64,000 nucleotides of DNA from Spirogloea muscicola (GCA_009602725.1 WELB01000022.1:737389-801388), one strand, 5' to 3'; positions 1-21,500 are shown, numbered from the stretch's first letter. Notes: a model not told the origin generated them from the sequence alone. Translations and numbers: made by a program.

Positions 1-4836
<4,836 letters not shown>

Positions 4837-5698
4837 CTCGCACCTCCCCAAAGAGCCAACGCCAGCGCTGGCGCTCTGGTGTTGACGCTTATGCTGATAC
4901 CAGCATTGACAGTTAAGAGTCGTTGTCACCACCGCAGACCTTAATGACCTCAGGCTCAAGCGCGATGTCTGCCGGTGTTGCAGCTGGTAATGCCAAGCCA
5001 AACAACTGGTGGAATCGCTGGGAGAGCTGAGTGCCGAGCACTTGGGCAGCTGGCCTTGACTGGCAGGTCCACTGCATAGCTGCTTTTGCACCAACCATCG
5101 CCATCACCATTGCTGACAACGCCACTACCATCGCTCCTACTTTTGTCGAGGAAGCATTGTTTGCCTCGGCCAGTTGCCCATCAGACTCTGCTTTCACAAG
5201 GAGTAGGATTCAAACATTAGATTCTCCTCCTCGCAACTTGCTTCCGCATCTGCTGCTGCTCTGCTCCTGCAGTCAGTGCAGGATATACAATCTTCCACTC
5301 CACACCACCTAGAGGTGGTCTGCTGGTACAGCAACTTGTGAAATATAACCCCCACATCTACTGCTTGAGCACTTCCAATCATTATCTAGGTGCTTTTGAT
5401 AAGCTCTGACTTCAGTATAGTAATTGCCCGTAACAAGTGGCATGCCCCTGCTTCCCAAAGTTGCAAGCTTCTGTGCCTTCGGCCACTGCAGCTCTGCAGG
5501 CCAACAAGGGGACTCATTGGCATAGATTGTGCACACCAGCCTCCCTCTATGCTCCGCCAACAGGACAGGCGAGCAAGTTTGTGTACGAATCAGCAAGAGC
5601 AGGTGCAGTAGTCAGAGAGTCCTGCACAACATTGGCGAGTGCGATGGTGGAATTGAGAGTCAAGGGGCTGGGTCTTGGGTACAGGTGCAGGATGTCTA

Positions 5699-9081
<3,383 letters not shown>

Positions 9082-9649
9082 GGCCGCCGCCGCCGCCGCC
9101 GATACCGCCGCCGCCGCCGCCGCAGTCGCGGGAGGTGCGGGGAGCTAGCTAACTAAGCTACTGGCTGCCGGTGGCGCTGTGGTATTATTTATGTACCCTT
9201 TTCCTGGCCCCTTCAAATTCCGTTCACTGTTATTATTTCGTTAATCTTTCACGCTTGGGCCGATAGAGTTCTTTCTGTCGATCGTAGCCATCGCCCTCTA
9301 CATGGGATAGTCTTCTCCTTTTCATTTAATGTACCATTCACCGGGCGGAATTATTTCATCGGCGAACCTGGCAAGCCCGCCATTGGCCACCGCTGCTGCC
9401 CAATCCGAGGCGAGGCTCCCGTGACGGGCTGTTGACCATTTCTTAGCGGAGCGGGGACGGCGGAGCTTGATCACAGGAGATCCCAGCCGTCAAGCAGATC
9501 ACCGACGGCTCGATTGGGCCCGCTCAAGCGGGGGTACCTAGGCTGGAGTCCTCTGCGCTTACGCGACGATCTCAACGACAGTCTTCCTCGGCTGTCCTGG
9601 CATGATGCTATAGAGGACAAACAATCCATGGCCCACGCCTTGAATCTAG

Positions 9650-11305
9650 CGCCTCTGGCCCCTTCGTAGTTTGGCCCCTTCGAACCTTGTCAATTCTCTT
9701 TGAAGAAAGGGCTCGCTCATTGAGGATAGGGGCTGGAAAAGCCAGCCCAGAAAAGAAGGAACAAAGATCGAGAAGGTATCTCGTGTATTTGAAACAAACG
9801 AAGGCCAAATGGCCAAGTACAAAGGCAAGCACATCTTAAGACCTAGGGGCCAGGGGAAGCGCTAAGAAAAACAAGCACAAAAGGAACAAAGCAGCTACGT
9901 TTTACTCAGTAACCCCACTCTTTTTGGGCTGGCTTCTCACAGCCCTTGCCCCCATTGGAAGAGCCACTTCTTCGATGCTGGCCGTGCTCTAGCTCTAGCT
10001 GCAGAGGTCTATGGCCTGCGCGCTGCACCAGCGTGCCGGCAGAGCCCTCGCTGCGGCCTCCGGCTTTCGTCAGTGGGATAGTTTACCGGCAGCTAGTCTG
10101 TCGGATGTGAGGCTCCTCACTCGTAACTACTAAGTGGTCCATCCTCCCCCGTTCTGCCATAGCCTCTTCAGGCCCCGCAGTCGCTGCTTAGCTCGTAGTT
10201 TGGCCCCTTCGAACCTTGTCAATTCTTTTCGGGCTGGCTTCTCACAGCCCTTGCCCTCATTGGGAGAGCCACTTCTTCTTCGCTGCTGCGTCTGGCTCTG
10301 GCCAGGAAGAAGTGCGCGCCCATAGAAAAGAGGGGCTGGCAAAGCCAGCCCAAAAAAGAATGGACGAAGTCCAAAGCCAAAGAAAGAGGAGCCGGAGAAA
10401 GGACTACACTACAAAACACTGCAGAACACAGAGGAAAGAGGTGCAGAGGAAAGCTCAGTACCCACGAGTGAGCAACATCAGGTCTGAGTAGCTCGCTGCA
10501 GGGGACCCGCTTCCAGGAGCCCAGCTTCTCTGACTTGAGGCTGCTTAGCAGGGGTTACCAAGTGCTTCATAGCTGCTTTGTTTCTTCTTGTGCTTGTCTT
10601 TCTTAGTGCTTCCCCTGGCCCCCTTCTCAGACTTCGTTCATTCTTATAGAGCCGGCTTTTCCAGCCCCTATCCTCAATGGGCGGGCCCTTCTTTCTTTCC
10701 TCTAGCTCCCTACCGTCTATGGGCGAGCACTTATCTCTCTCTAGCTGCAGCCTCTGGCTTTCGAAAGGGGGACTGCTTCACAGCCAGTGCCCCCTTTGGG
10801 AGAGCCACTTTCTTTCTTCTTTCGAAGCAAGCGCGGCCAGATTAACTGGTGGCTGGGAGAGGCCAGCCCAAAAGAGTGGACAAGGTCTGAAGGAGTCGGA
10901 GTGCTGGCTTTCCACAGCCCTCACCCCCTTTGGATGATGCCGTTAGCCTTACTTTGGAAGAGCTATTCTCTGTGGATGAGCTTACTCTCTCACAGGCATC
11001 GCCTACGCTTTCCTGTAGCCACACATCGGGCTGTGAAAAGCCAGCCCAGAAATGATGGACAAGGTTCAAAGGGCCGACAGGAGCTATAATAACACAACGA
11101 GCAAGTGACTACAGCGAATGGGAACTTAGTAAACCCAGGCAGAAGCCTCAAGTCGGATAATTTGAAGAAGAAGAATTAGATAATTTGCAGCTGGAAACGA
11201 GTCAACCGACGAAAGTCAGATGTAGCAGCCAAGGAAGTTTGTGTATCTGAAACAAACGAAGGCCAAATGGCCAAGTACAAAGGCAAGCACATCTTAAGAC
11301 CTACA
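9650..11305. mobile_element. Mosaic cluster of CRE-like non-LTR retrotransposon 3'-end fragments in both orientations
   Basis: 9999-10133 translates LQRSMACALHQRAGRALAAASGFRQWDSLPAASLSDVRLLTRNY*, homologous to the ORF end at ~32215-32350. Multiple GGGCTGGCTT..CAGCCC hairpins; ~60-bp direct repeat 9785-9846/11242-11303; 10825-10905 is the reverse complement of 32380-32460. Confidence 0.75.
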
Positions 11306-11522
11306 TAACCTACAGATAGATAACTGGGTAATGGGCTGGCTATCAAACGGGTCCTACTCCAAAGCGGCGACCAGCCTCGGCGTGGCGGCCTCGCGCCGAA
11401 GGCGGCGCAACTTGCGGCGTGGCAGGCGCTGCCCGCCTCTGCGGCGGCGGAGCTTCGACGGCGGGAGGACCCCTACGCGGCGCCGCTCATGGTGCCGGAG
11501 GCCCTCCGCAGGGCTGCCGGCG

Positions 11523-14500
11523 ATGGCGGGGGCCCGCTTCCCGCTCGCAGGGCTGCTCCTCCCGGTCCTCCTCGTCACGCGCTCGGCGACGGCGATGCTC
11601 CTGGAGGACAAGGCGGCACTGCGGGAGGACGTCCGCCAGATGTACGAGCCTTTCCTCCTTCTTCGAGGCCAACAGCTGCCCCTTCGGAGCAACATTTCCT
11701 GAATCAGTTGACCTTCTATCGTGGCCAATGACTTGTCCACGACGAGCGTCCATCGCTCTTTTGCTCAATTCAGCAGTTAGTTGCTGTTTCTGCCAAGCTC
11801 TGCCAAGGGAGAAAGCAGATACGCGACAGATCAGATTCACAGTCATCTCCCTTCATATCCACTCACATTCTTTCCCCTTCATTCCCCAGTAATACCAGAC
11901 GCCATGGCTCGTCTTCGTGCCAAGAAAAGCAGAGTGGTCGCTTGCCTGGCCTCCAGAAACTCTTACATTAGCTGCAAGCTTCATTGTGTACTGTTTACTC
12001 TGCACCTCTCTTAACTAGTGACAGGCAATTCTGCTCGTCACACAGGTTCTACCACGCCTATGACAACTACATGTTGCACGCCTTCCCTGTAAGTGGTGTA
12101 GCTCGTCCAAGATCGCTGATGAGGAAAGCAAATTATGTAGTTTGGCATATTGAAGCGCGCACAATCATACAATTGCTGCAAGCCAGACCTTGGAAGGAAA
12201 TCACGAAGTATATCTTCAACCCTGTGTAAATTCGTGGCAAGCCAAGTCAGCACAAGGCTCTAGTTGAGAGCTGATTGAGGGCTTACTCTACGCAATTGGT
12301 GACAGCACGACGAGCTGAAACCTCTGACGAAGTCGTACACAGACTCCCTTGGGGAGCTTGGCAATCTGCAGGTACTTGACACGCGCAATAAAGACATCTA
12401 CAGCCCTCGTTGACAAACCAATCACACTGTTGCACAGAAGGTGTACCTGTGCTTACTGCGTCCTCTCTGCTGATTATCTGCTGAGGTTGGATAGATGACA
12501 TTATGCAACCTGCTTTGATTTGTGACATGATGCAGTTGGAGCATTTGTCTGAGACATACAATGGAACAGCTCTCACCCTCATAGATTCCTTGACAAGGTG
12601 AAGACATTCGACCATGTGGAGTTCAAAATCTGTCTGCAGTCTAAAGTTTCTTATAAATTTAGGAAATACTACGACTGACAAAGCTCCATAGCTGGCAGTC
12701 TTGCAGTGCTTGGAAATGGATCAGAGTTTGAGAAGTCCATAGAGTGGCTCAGCAAGTCCATTTCTTTCGATACTGATGTGCGGGTCAATGTGTTTGAGGT
12801 AAAGATCTAAATTGCCGTTGACATGCAAGTGCGTAGTTGTTCAGTGACCAGCTTTTCTATGAATGCCTCAGACATACAGACACACACGCACACAGACACA
12901 CAGTAAGTCACCAACATAGGCATAACAAACGGTGCATGTTTGTGGTAAGCCTGACATGTGTATCTAGAGTGCATGACAGTGTAATATTCGCATACTAGGA
13001 GGACTGCTTTCGGCACATCTACTGGCCAAGAGTCCTGGGAGCAAATTGCTGCAGAAGTGGTATGACGGGCGCCTCCTGGCACTGGCAGAGGATCTAGGTC
13101 GGCGCCTTCTTCCAGCTTTCCAGAGCCCCACAGGCATCCCATATGCTTGGGTCAATCTCAAGGCAAGTTTCTTGGCTCCACGGATCCACCACAAGTGCGT
13201 GCACATTCACTCATGATGTCAAATAGTGTAGTGAGTGCTTGATAAAGTTCTTGCTGACATGATATGACTTAGGAGAGATCGCATCCTTCTGACCTGCATG
13301 AGCCGGCATGTGTGCAGCACGGTGTCAGGGAAAATGAAACAGCAGAGACAAGCACAGCAGGCTGTGGTAAGATCTACTTTGAAACTCTCTGTAGAAGTCA
13401 CTAATGAACGACTTTGCTGGATCTGCTATCAAACAGACCTCAGGCTTGGGGAGTTTGCTCATCTCCGATTGTTCTTCTCTTTGTTCATTGTGCCAGAATT
13501 CAAGCCTTTTCTGTTGTAATGTGAAGATGTCATGTTGTATAAAGTGACCAAAGCCGTTTGTCTTTTTGGCCCTGTTCTTGCAGGATCATTCATCCTCGAG
13601 TTTGGGATCTTATCCCGCCTCACCAAGAATGACATCTTTGAGTCGGTTGCCCTCAGAGCTCTTAGAAAGCTGTGGGGCATGCGGAGCAGCTTGAACCTTG
13701 TCGGCACAACCCTGAATGTTGAGACAGGAGAATGGATCGAAAAGTCTTCTGGTATAGGGGCAGGTATAGAATATCACTTGAGCATGGCCTTCGTACTCAC
13801 TTTGTCATTAACTATTTCACTGCCCACATTGCAGAAGCTGATGCATGTGGGCTGGTATCTTGACAATACTTGGGTAGCTTCACATGATTGCTCATCCACA
13901 ACTTAATGGCTGCTCAATCTGGCTAGTATCAAAGTCGTGAGATCCAACCTTGCTATTGATTTGTTATGCTCGCGCAAAGGTTCAGATACTAATAGTTGGA
14001 GTTATGAGGTCTCAGTTAGCAAAGTGAACCCATCTGAGCTTCTCAGTCACGTAGGGTAGCACGTGCCTGCAGGTGTTGACTCATTCTTTGAGTACCTCTT
14101 GAAAGCTCACATCCTTTTTGGCGAAGACGAGTACTGGCAAATGTTCCAGACGGCCTATTCAGCAGTCCAGCAGCACTACAGATCAGGGCCCTGGTACAAT
14201 CAGCCTCAATCTGCATATCCACTTACTTTAGATTGTATACTTGCAAAGCTGCTACAGCACATCCCCTTACGCCGTAAGCCAGGCGAAGCTGGTTATTGTG
14301 CACGTAGAAAATCCTCTACTTGAAGAGTAACTTACCTTTCATGATTGATATAGTCATTTTGAGGGGTTGGTGGTCTGGACTTGTATCATCAACATTAGGT
14401 ACCATGAAGCAGACATGCACACAGGGCAGCCTACTCATCTGCAGTTCACTAGTCTGCAGGCTTTCTGGCCTGCTGTCCAGGTAAGGAATCTGCCGCTTGG

Positions 14501-16057
14501 GTGGCTTTCCCTTGCCGGCAGATCTCCAAACACTCATATGTGGTCTGACTCGGATTTGTTTGTGGGAAATGTGGTAGGTCCTGATGGGAGACGTATCTGC
14601 CGCCAATGAGAGTCACCGGAGCTTCTTCAGTGTCTGGGAGAAGTTTGGGATCTTCCCAGAAAGGTCATGCTCGCTCCTTGACAGCACCTGCTTCATGTTT
14701 TCTGGCAGAGGAGATAGGTGCCTGAGGCTGTACAGCCTGTGGCTGCTACGCCACTTGCCTAAGTGGTGGCACTTGCGACCAGCTTTTCAGACCCCGTTCA
14801 ATTATGTTGTAACAGGTACTTTTACAGCCACCAAGTACCTCATCCTACTGAGAGATATTACCCGCTTAGGCCTGAGCTCGCGGAGTCAACGTTTGCATTG
14901 TACCAGGCAACACAAGGTGCTCCAACCTTCCCCTTGGCCCTGAGGGGCACAAACTGCTGTTTATTGATTATCAGTTGCATGCCCTTAAAGTTCTGGGCGC
15001 ACTATTTGATTGGCACATCGGCAATGTTGCAAGGTGCTGCAAAGAGTGAGCATGGTTTTCCACCTGAATTTGAGAGGCTGGAATCAGTGGCATGTAGTGG
15101 GAGGCTGTAACACTGACTCTGACCAATCCAGTGGACAGATCCCTGGTACCTGGAGGTGGGGAGGACGATCGTAAATTCTCTAAACGTGTTAACCCGTGTA
15201 GCTGATGGATTTGCTAGTGTGCATGACGTCACCACAATGGAGTTAGAAGACCACCAGCACAGCTTCTTCTTAGCTGAAACGTGAGGTCCTACTCTTGCTC
15301 AAGACTGGTCCTATGAGTAGCCAGCCCATGTCAGCCTCTCCAATCGCAATTTTGCAAGCAGCAACTGCAAATAGGATTATCCTGCTACTGGTAGTATTTT
15401 TGCAGCATCGCAGTCTGCCATTTCCTTGTTACAGCACGAAGTATTGACACATGTGAAGTATGCTTGATGAGAAAGAAATGCTGAATTTAGAGTGGAGAGG
15501 ACTTGCAGGTGTAAATACCTATACCTACTCTTTGATGACACCTTCATGAAAGGAGGGAACTACATCTTTTCAACAGAAGGCCACCCCCTTCCTGTGCTCA
15601 AGGCTTGGCACCGACAACAAACGAAGTCTGGCAATGTCAAGGTCACCAGTCGTGGCAAGCAGGTGAGTGGAGCGCGTCTGGTGTGGTGTGCTCTGCTTTC
15701 AAGTAATTGCAGCGTCCCAAAAGCTCTACGTGATTCCAAAGCCATTCAAGAGAATTCATGCATACTGTGAAGGACTTGCCACTGGGCTGGTCCATGTAGA
15801 GCCTGAACCTCGCCTTGACAACTTTTGCACAGTCAAGGAAGGGGTCAGCTATGAGCCACCGCATGTGCCCGGACTTGAGGCCAGGGGCGCACTCAGGGTC
15901 CACTGCCTGGCACCCCCGGAGCGCCTGCCACGTTGCTGACAGGCGGCGTGATCACACCTGCCAGATCGAGTCCGACTGCGGAGTGGATGCAGAGAGCTGC
16001 CGTGCTCGCACTTGCAGCCCTGCCAAGTACTGCGGCCTCCCTGCCTCCGCTCTTTAG
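11523..16057 (+). CDS. MNS5: EDEM-like class I alpha-mannosidase (GH47), MNS5 type
   Basis: Signal peptide; FYHAYDNYMLHAFP, HDELKPL, LTLIDSL, VFECNIRILGGLLSAH, GSFILEFGILSRL, GIGAGVDSFFEY, YPLRPELAEST, SFFLAET, FSTEGHP; Cys-rich C-terminal tail typical of plant MNS5. Confidence 0.9.
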
Positions 16058-16462
16058 CAGATCTTCCAGCCATTTGCTGGCAATTTTGTGGCCATTGTAG
16101 ACTATGTGCTCACATAGCACATGGCCATGTACTCGAACCATTCATGAAAGTACCGTGGAGAGAGAAAGGGGGGTGCTGATTACAAGTAAGACTTCTTTGC
16201 TTCACCATAGGAGGCTGGAACATTCTGTGCCACTGCTACTGCATTGATCAAATGTCGAAGGGAGCTGTGACCCTGGCAACAAGCTCCATGGCCACTAGGT
16301 GGAGGGCTTCAAAAGAATGGGAGGATGGGCATACCCTGCACCGGATGCCCTTGTGCACCCTGTAGCTCAGCACTTTCTGAAAGCTGACATTTTTTAAGGC
16401 ACAGCCTACCAAAGATCATTTCAGCACTGCTTCAGATTCACTTAAGGGCAGGAGTGACATGC

Positions 16463-18029
16463 TCAGGAAGGCTGCGATGGCACGCCTAGTGATGGATCCT
16501 TGTCAAGCTCTGATGGACCAAGGTATTGGTCAAGTGCGGGCGAGAATACCTCGTAGATCAGTGTGATGGCCTTGCCATCGCGGTAAAAGACGTAGTGCCT
16601 CGCCCAGAAGGGTCCTTCTGTGCCAAACGCCCTGCACACAAGAGACTCAGTGTGAGCTCGCGACTATGGTGTATGGTGACTGTATGGCAACGAGGGCCAA
16701 ATACTGCCACCGTTTGATTGGTGAAAGTACATCATGGGTCAGACAGCAGGGATCCTGAAATGATATGCTACTGTCCATTAAAGGTCTGACAGCATCAGGT
16801 TGGGAGCAATATTTGGACTCCGTCCAGCATGAATTGTCTGGCTGCTGGCTGCTCAGGAACTACGTGACTTGAGCAAGTGGGAGTGAGGTTACTGCAGGCC
16901 AAGCCCAAGCACAGAGTCCAAGGAAGCCCGTAGGCGCGCATACCTCTCCAGTGGCTTGGAGTAGCCGAGGTAGAGGCGCTGGATGTCACGGAAGAGCTCG
17001 GCGCGTTGCGCGCTTAGGCTCACCCACATGGGTCGCTGAACCTGCTGAAGAACCGCTGCCGCCGTATCGGTGGCCCACCATGATGCTGCGTACACCAGCG
17101 CCTGCCCCGAGGAGCTCCGCAGGAACACCTAATTCAGCAGCACGTACTGACTCAGCTACATAAGTCTTGACCTGACTCCTGCCCACACTCGGGACATACT
17201 GCAGAGACACTATGCCATTGCCTCGCCTGCAATGTACCAATGACTAATGCACAATGCTGACTACCATCTATAACAAAGATACACAACAATGCAAACCGAG
17301 GGTTGCTGACAGGAAGTCATGCTGGCGGCATCAGCGCACCTGGCGTTGCAAGCGGGGCCCTGGGATGAGGGCGACGGCAGGCGGGAGGCCGGCGACGCTG
17401 TGGCCGACCGGCGCCATCTGGAAGCAGTCGGCCGCGATGGCGCCGCAGTCGGCGAGGAGCTGCAGGTGGCGCGTCACGGAGCCGTCGCTGAGCAGCAGGA
17501 CGCGCCAGGGCGGCGCGAGCCGTCGCCGCAGCGCACCGCTGGCCATGGCGTCCGCCTCCGTGGCCTGCCGCCGCCCACGAGCTGCAGGTGGGGTGTCAGC
17601 CCCCTTACCCAGACTTAAGAGTTAGGATTTTGAGATCTGGGGTTTAGGGTTTGGGGTCATGGTTTAGGATTTAGGATTCATTTAGGCTTAGGGTTAATAT
17701 TCTCGGGACAGGTTTAGGGTTTTAGGGTTAGGGTAAGGGGTTTAGGCGCATCAGCAGAACTGCTGCTGCGCAGAGGCTGCAGTTGGGGTGTCATTTGCCG
17801 GCGCTCTTTACCACGTGCAAGGTTCAGGTACAAGGTTCGATTCCCATCGAGATTAAGAATTTGATTTCAGGCGCCATGGCGGGGCTGCTGCAGGTCCGGG
17901 GCCGCACCTCCCACACCGCGTCGACCGGGCTCCAGGGCAGGCCGGCGCCGAGCTCAGCGGCCGCGCCTCCGACAGAAGGCGGCTCCCGGCTCCCCGCCGG
18001 CGGCGGCGGCGCCGCCTCCGCCGGCTCCG
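16463..18029 (-). CDS. ycf21: Ycf21/DUF98 chorismate pyruvate-lyase (UbiC)-like protein, nuclear-encoded; start lies in gap
   Basis: Exons join to WSPVDAVWE|ATEADAMASG...WRVLLLSDGSVTRHLQLL...PGPRLQRQ|VFLRSSSGQALVYAASWW...AELFRDIQRLYLG...R|AFGTEGPFWARHYVFYRDGKAITLIYEVFSPAL; stop TGA at 16463-16465. Confidence 0.85.
17622..17746 (+). repeat. Degenerate interstitial telomere-like repeats (TTTAGGG/TTAGGG) in first visible ycf21 intron
   Basis: gggtttagggtttgggg...tttaggatttagg...ggtttagggttttagggttagggtaaggggtttagg. Confidence 0.8.
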
Positions 18030-18526
18030 NNNNNNNNNNNNNNNNNNNNNNNNNNNNNNNNNNNNNNNNNNNNNNNNNNNNNNNNNNNNNNNNNNNNNNN
18101 NNNNNNNNNNNNNNNNNNNNNNNNNNNNNNNNNNNNNNNNNNNNNNNNNNNNNNNNNNNNNNNNNNNNNNNNNNNNNNNNNNNNNNNNNNNNNNNNNNNN
18201 NNNNNNNNNNNNNNNNNNNNNNNNNNNNNNNNNNNNNNNNNNNNNNNNNNNNNNNNNNNNNNNNNNNNNNNNNNNNNNNNNNNNNNNNNNNNNNNNNNNN
18301 NNNNNNNNNNNNNNNNNNNNNNNNNNNNNNNNNNNNNNNNNNNNNNNNNNNNNNNNNNNNNNNNNNNNNNNNNNNNNNNNNNNNNNNNNNNNNNNNNNNN
18401 NNNNNNNNNNNNNNNNNNNNNNNNNNNNNNNNNNNNNNNNNNNNNNNNNNNNNNNNNNNNNNNNNNNNNNNNNNNNNNNNNNNNNNNNNNNNNNNNNNNN
18501 NNNNNNNNNNNNNNNNNNNNNNNNNN
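18030..18526. other. Assembly gap hiding the ycf21/LIG6 divergent promoter and probably both start codons
   Basis: Run of N flanked by GCC/GGC-rich sequence. Confidence 0.95.
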
Positions 18527-21500
18527 GCCGCCGCCGCCAGCACAAGTGGCGGCGGCGGCGGCGGCGCCTCCGCCGGGCCTACCATCATACAAGCTCATCC
18601 CAGGGACGCGCTTCGTGGTCGACGGCTTCCGCGGCGGCGGCGGCGGCGACGGCGGCGCCTGGAGCCGCGCCTACTTCCTGTCGCACTTCCACGCGGACCA
18701 CTACGCGGGGATGACGGCGGGCTGGCGCGGCGGCCTCGTCTTCTGCTCGCCCACGACCGCGCGGCTGGCGGCGCTGGCGCTCGGCGTCCCGCGCACACTC
18801 CTCCGCCCCGCGCCGCTCGCCACGCCCTTCCAGGTCGCCCTCCACGCGGCACATGACTCGCCAGAGACCATTCTTAGGGTTTTGGGTTTCCGAAAGTTAG
18901 GTTCTCAGGCTTTAGGGCCTCAATTTAGGATTCAGATGTAGAGTGTCGGTGGGATTGCGAAATCTAGGGTTTGAGGTTAGGGTCAGGGTCTAGGGTTAAG
19001 CGGCGAGCAGACGGCACGGCGCGCCGGCGGGCTCTGCTGCAGGCTGCTTGCGCTTCGGTAGCCTGCGAGGCTAAGAACAGGCTTGGCCACGGCAGCATGA
19101 GTGGGCACTGGAAAGGCTTGCAAAGCTGTCCTCAGCTTGCAGCAGCCTTTGAAGCCCTTAAGATTCCTTGATAAGACTTGCAAAGGCCCAGAAGGGCTTG
19201 AGACCTGATTAGGCATCAGTCAACCGGCTTTTAGAATATCTTGGAAAGGCTTGAGAAGGCGGAGAAGGGCTTTGGAAGGTCCGGACAGGCAGTGCTCACG
19301 AGCCCGGCCCGTGCCGCCTTCGCAGGTGGACGGCGTGGAGGTGACGATGGTGGACGCCAATCACTGCCCCGGCGCGGTGCAGTTCCTCTTCCGCCTCCCC
19401 GGAGAGCCCATGCGCAGGCACCGTCTGCAGACCCACACCTCGGTAACGAGGGTTCTGGCGGCTGGTAGCTGAGATGCAGCTTAGGGGGCCGCTGCTCGTG
19501 CTGCTTTGCCACACTGACAAAGTCTGGGCCGATGCAGATTGATCGTGAGTTGTCCATGTCACTGACAATGGAAAGCTATGTGGTTACAGTGGTTGCTCTA
19601 GGATCGCAATGCTTGGAGGCAGATGATAAGTCTAGACAGTGACTTGGTGGAACTGTGTGCGACGTCCGGCTTCAGGTACGTGCACGTGGGCGACATGCGC
19701 TACGATCCGGCGATGCGGGCCGATCCCCACCTGGCAGCCTTCATTGGTGCTGATGCCGTGTTCCTTGACACCACATACTGCAACCCTCGATATGTGTTCC
19801 CGGACCAGGCGGAGTCGGTGGCCTACGTCGCCGACACCGTCTACCAACTCATGCACAGCGAGGAGGGCATCAAGAAGCAGGACGACAGTGGCGCTGCGGA
19901 CGCAGACAGCAACGTGCCCATTGAGGGAGAGGGAGGCGAGGCAGGGGTGCAGGAGAGCAGGCTGGAGGAGGAGGAAGGAGGGGAAGAGGAAGGAGAGGAG
20001 GAAGAGGGGGACGGAGAGTACGACTTGGGTGTAGAGGGGCTGGAGCCAATGCCGGCTTCTGCCGCCAGGCCAGACCTGCCTGTGCAGGAGACCTGCGGGG
20101 TGGACGAAGATGAGCTCAGTGCCCTGCCGCTGCCTTCTTCGCCGCAGGCCTCCGGGAAGGTGGCTGGCGGCACTCTGTATCTGTTATCCACATATGTCAT
20201 CGGCAAGGAGAAGATCCTCACTGCCGTGGCGCGGCGCTGCGGCTGCCAGCTCCACGTCACGGAGCGCAAGCTTGCGATCCTCGGCTGCCTCGGCCTCGAG
20301 GACATGAGCATTTTCACGACCGACCCAACTGCCACAAGGTGCCGGTCTGGTCAAATGCTGATCCTGCTCTGTTATGACTTCTGCTCATTGACTCTGCCTT
20401 GACACCATGGTGGACTTTGACCACTATTGCCAGGGTGCATGTGGTGGGATGGAGCTTCCTAGGGGAGACTTGGCCCTTCTTCCGGCCCAACTTCAAGAAC
20501 ATGGAAAGGGCAATGCAGCGCGGCGCTGGTTTCAGGCGAGTTGTGGGCTTTGTGCCCACAGGGTGGACGTATGAGGTCAAGAAGAAGACTTTCTCCGTGC
20601 GACGCAAGGTGGGAGTGCCCAACCTGGTCATACTGAGCTTGCACATGACACTGACATGCTCCACTGTGCAGCAGATTGTGTTTTTGAAGTGTCAAATGCG
20701 TTGTGTCTGCGCAGCTTTGTGCACTGTGTGGAACTGAAATGTCAGAAATGATCAGTGCCATAGCTTCAATTGTGCTCTCAAGGACTTGCCCTGCAGGGCC
20801 CATTTGAAATCCATCTGGTGCCATACAGCGAACACTCCAACTATGATGAGCTGCGGGAGTACGTGCGCTATCTGCGGCCTCACCAGATCATACCAACGGT
20901 TGGTATTGAGGGTGAGATCGAAATCTTTTGGCAGTAATGGCTTGCAGCTTGATTTTGGGGCGAGCTTGGGGGTTGGATTGTATTGCACCAAGCCACAGTC
21001 CAGGGACAGTGAGTGGAGATGGGCTTTGCACTTTACGTCAGAACATCTTGTGCACCTCTTTATTTCATGAAGGTCAAGCAGGGTAGACGTCCCATAACTG
21101 TCACATCATCATCAAAGAAATGTTGGAGTTGAGACAAACAAGAATGATCTGCTGAGGACTGAGGCAATTCCTAGTAGATTGCGATTATTAAGGTTGCCTG
21201 TTGGAGATGCAGGAAGCGACATGGGCAGCAAGGCGGTGGCATCAATGCGCAAGCACTTCCGCAACTTAGTGGATGAGACGGCCAGCAAGAGGCGCTTCCT
21301 GACAACCCTGTCTCGATGTCGTCCCGACGATCCTGATGCCTCGCTGCCTCTAACTGTGGTGAGTGGGGCACACAGTGAGAACGACTTGAAGAATGACAAG
21401 AAGACGAACATCACAATGTCAGGCGAGGAGGAAACACAGCCTTCGCTGGACGAAGAAACTGGCATCAGTGGGACTGGTAATGAGCATGGCGAAGACCAAG

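Noticed and set aside
4913..5650. Small minus-strand gene with a hydrophobic tail between STN7 and ATP2
   Set aside because: No recognisable domain or consistent exon chain; overlaps expected 3' UTRs.
9256..9520. Site II (TGGGCC) elements upstream of ATP2
   Set aside because: Two widely spaced hexamers are expected by chance at this GC content.
9340..9640. Possible decayed post-RT region of the CRE-like element (RAVDHFLAER...RRLDWARSSGG)
   Set aside because: Resemblance is only vague and interrupted by stops; needs a profile search.
10231..10270. Hairpin motif as histone stem-loop, hammerhead or twister ribozyme
   Set aside because: Loop length and sequence do not match the histone 6-bp/4-nt stem-loop; no CTGATGA/GAAA hammerhead core or twister pseudoknot pattern was seen on either strand.
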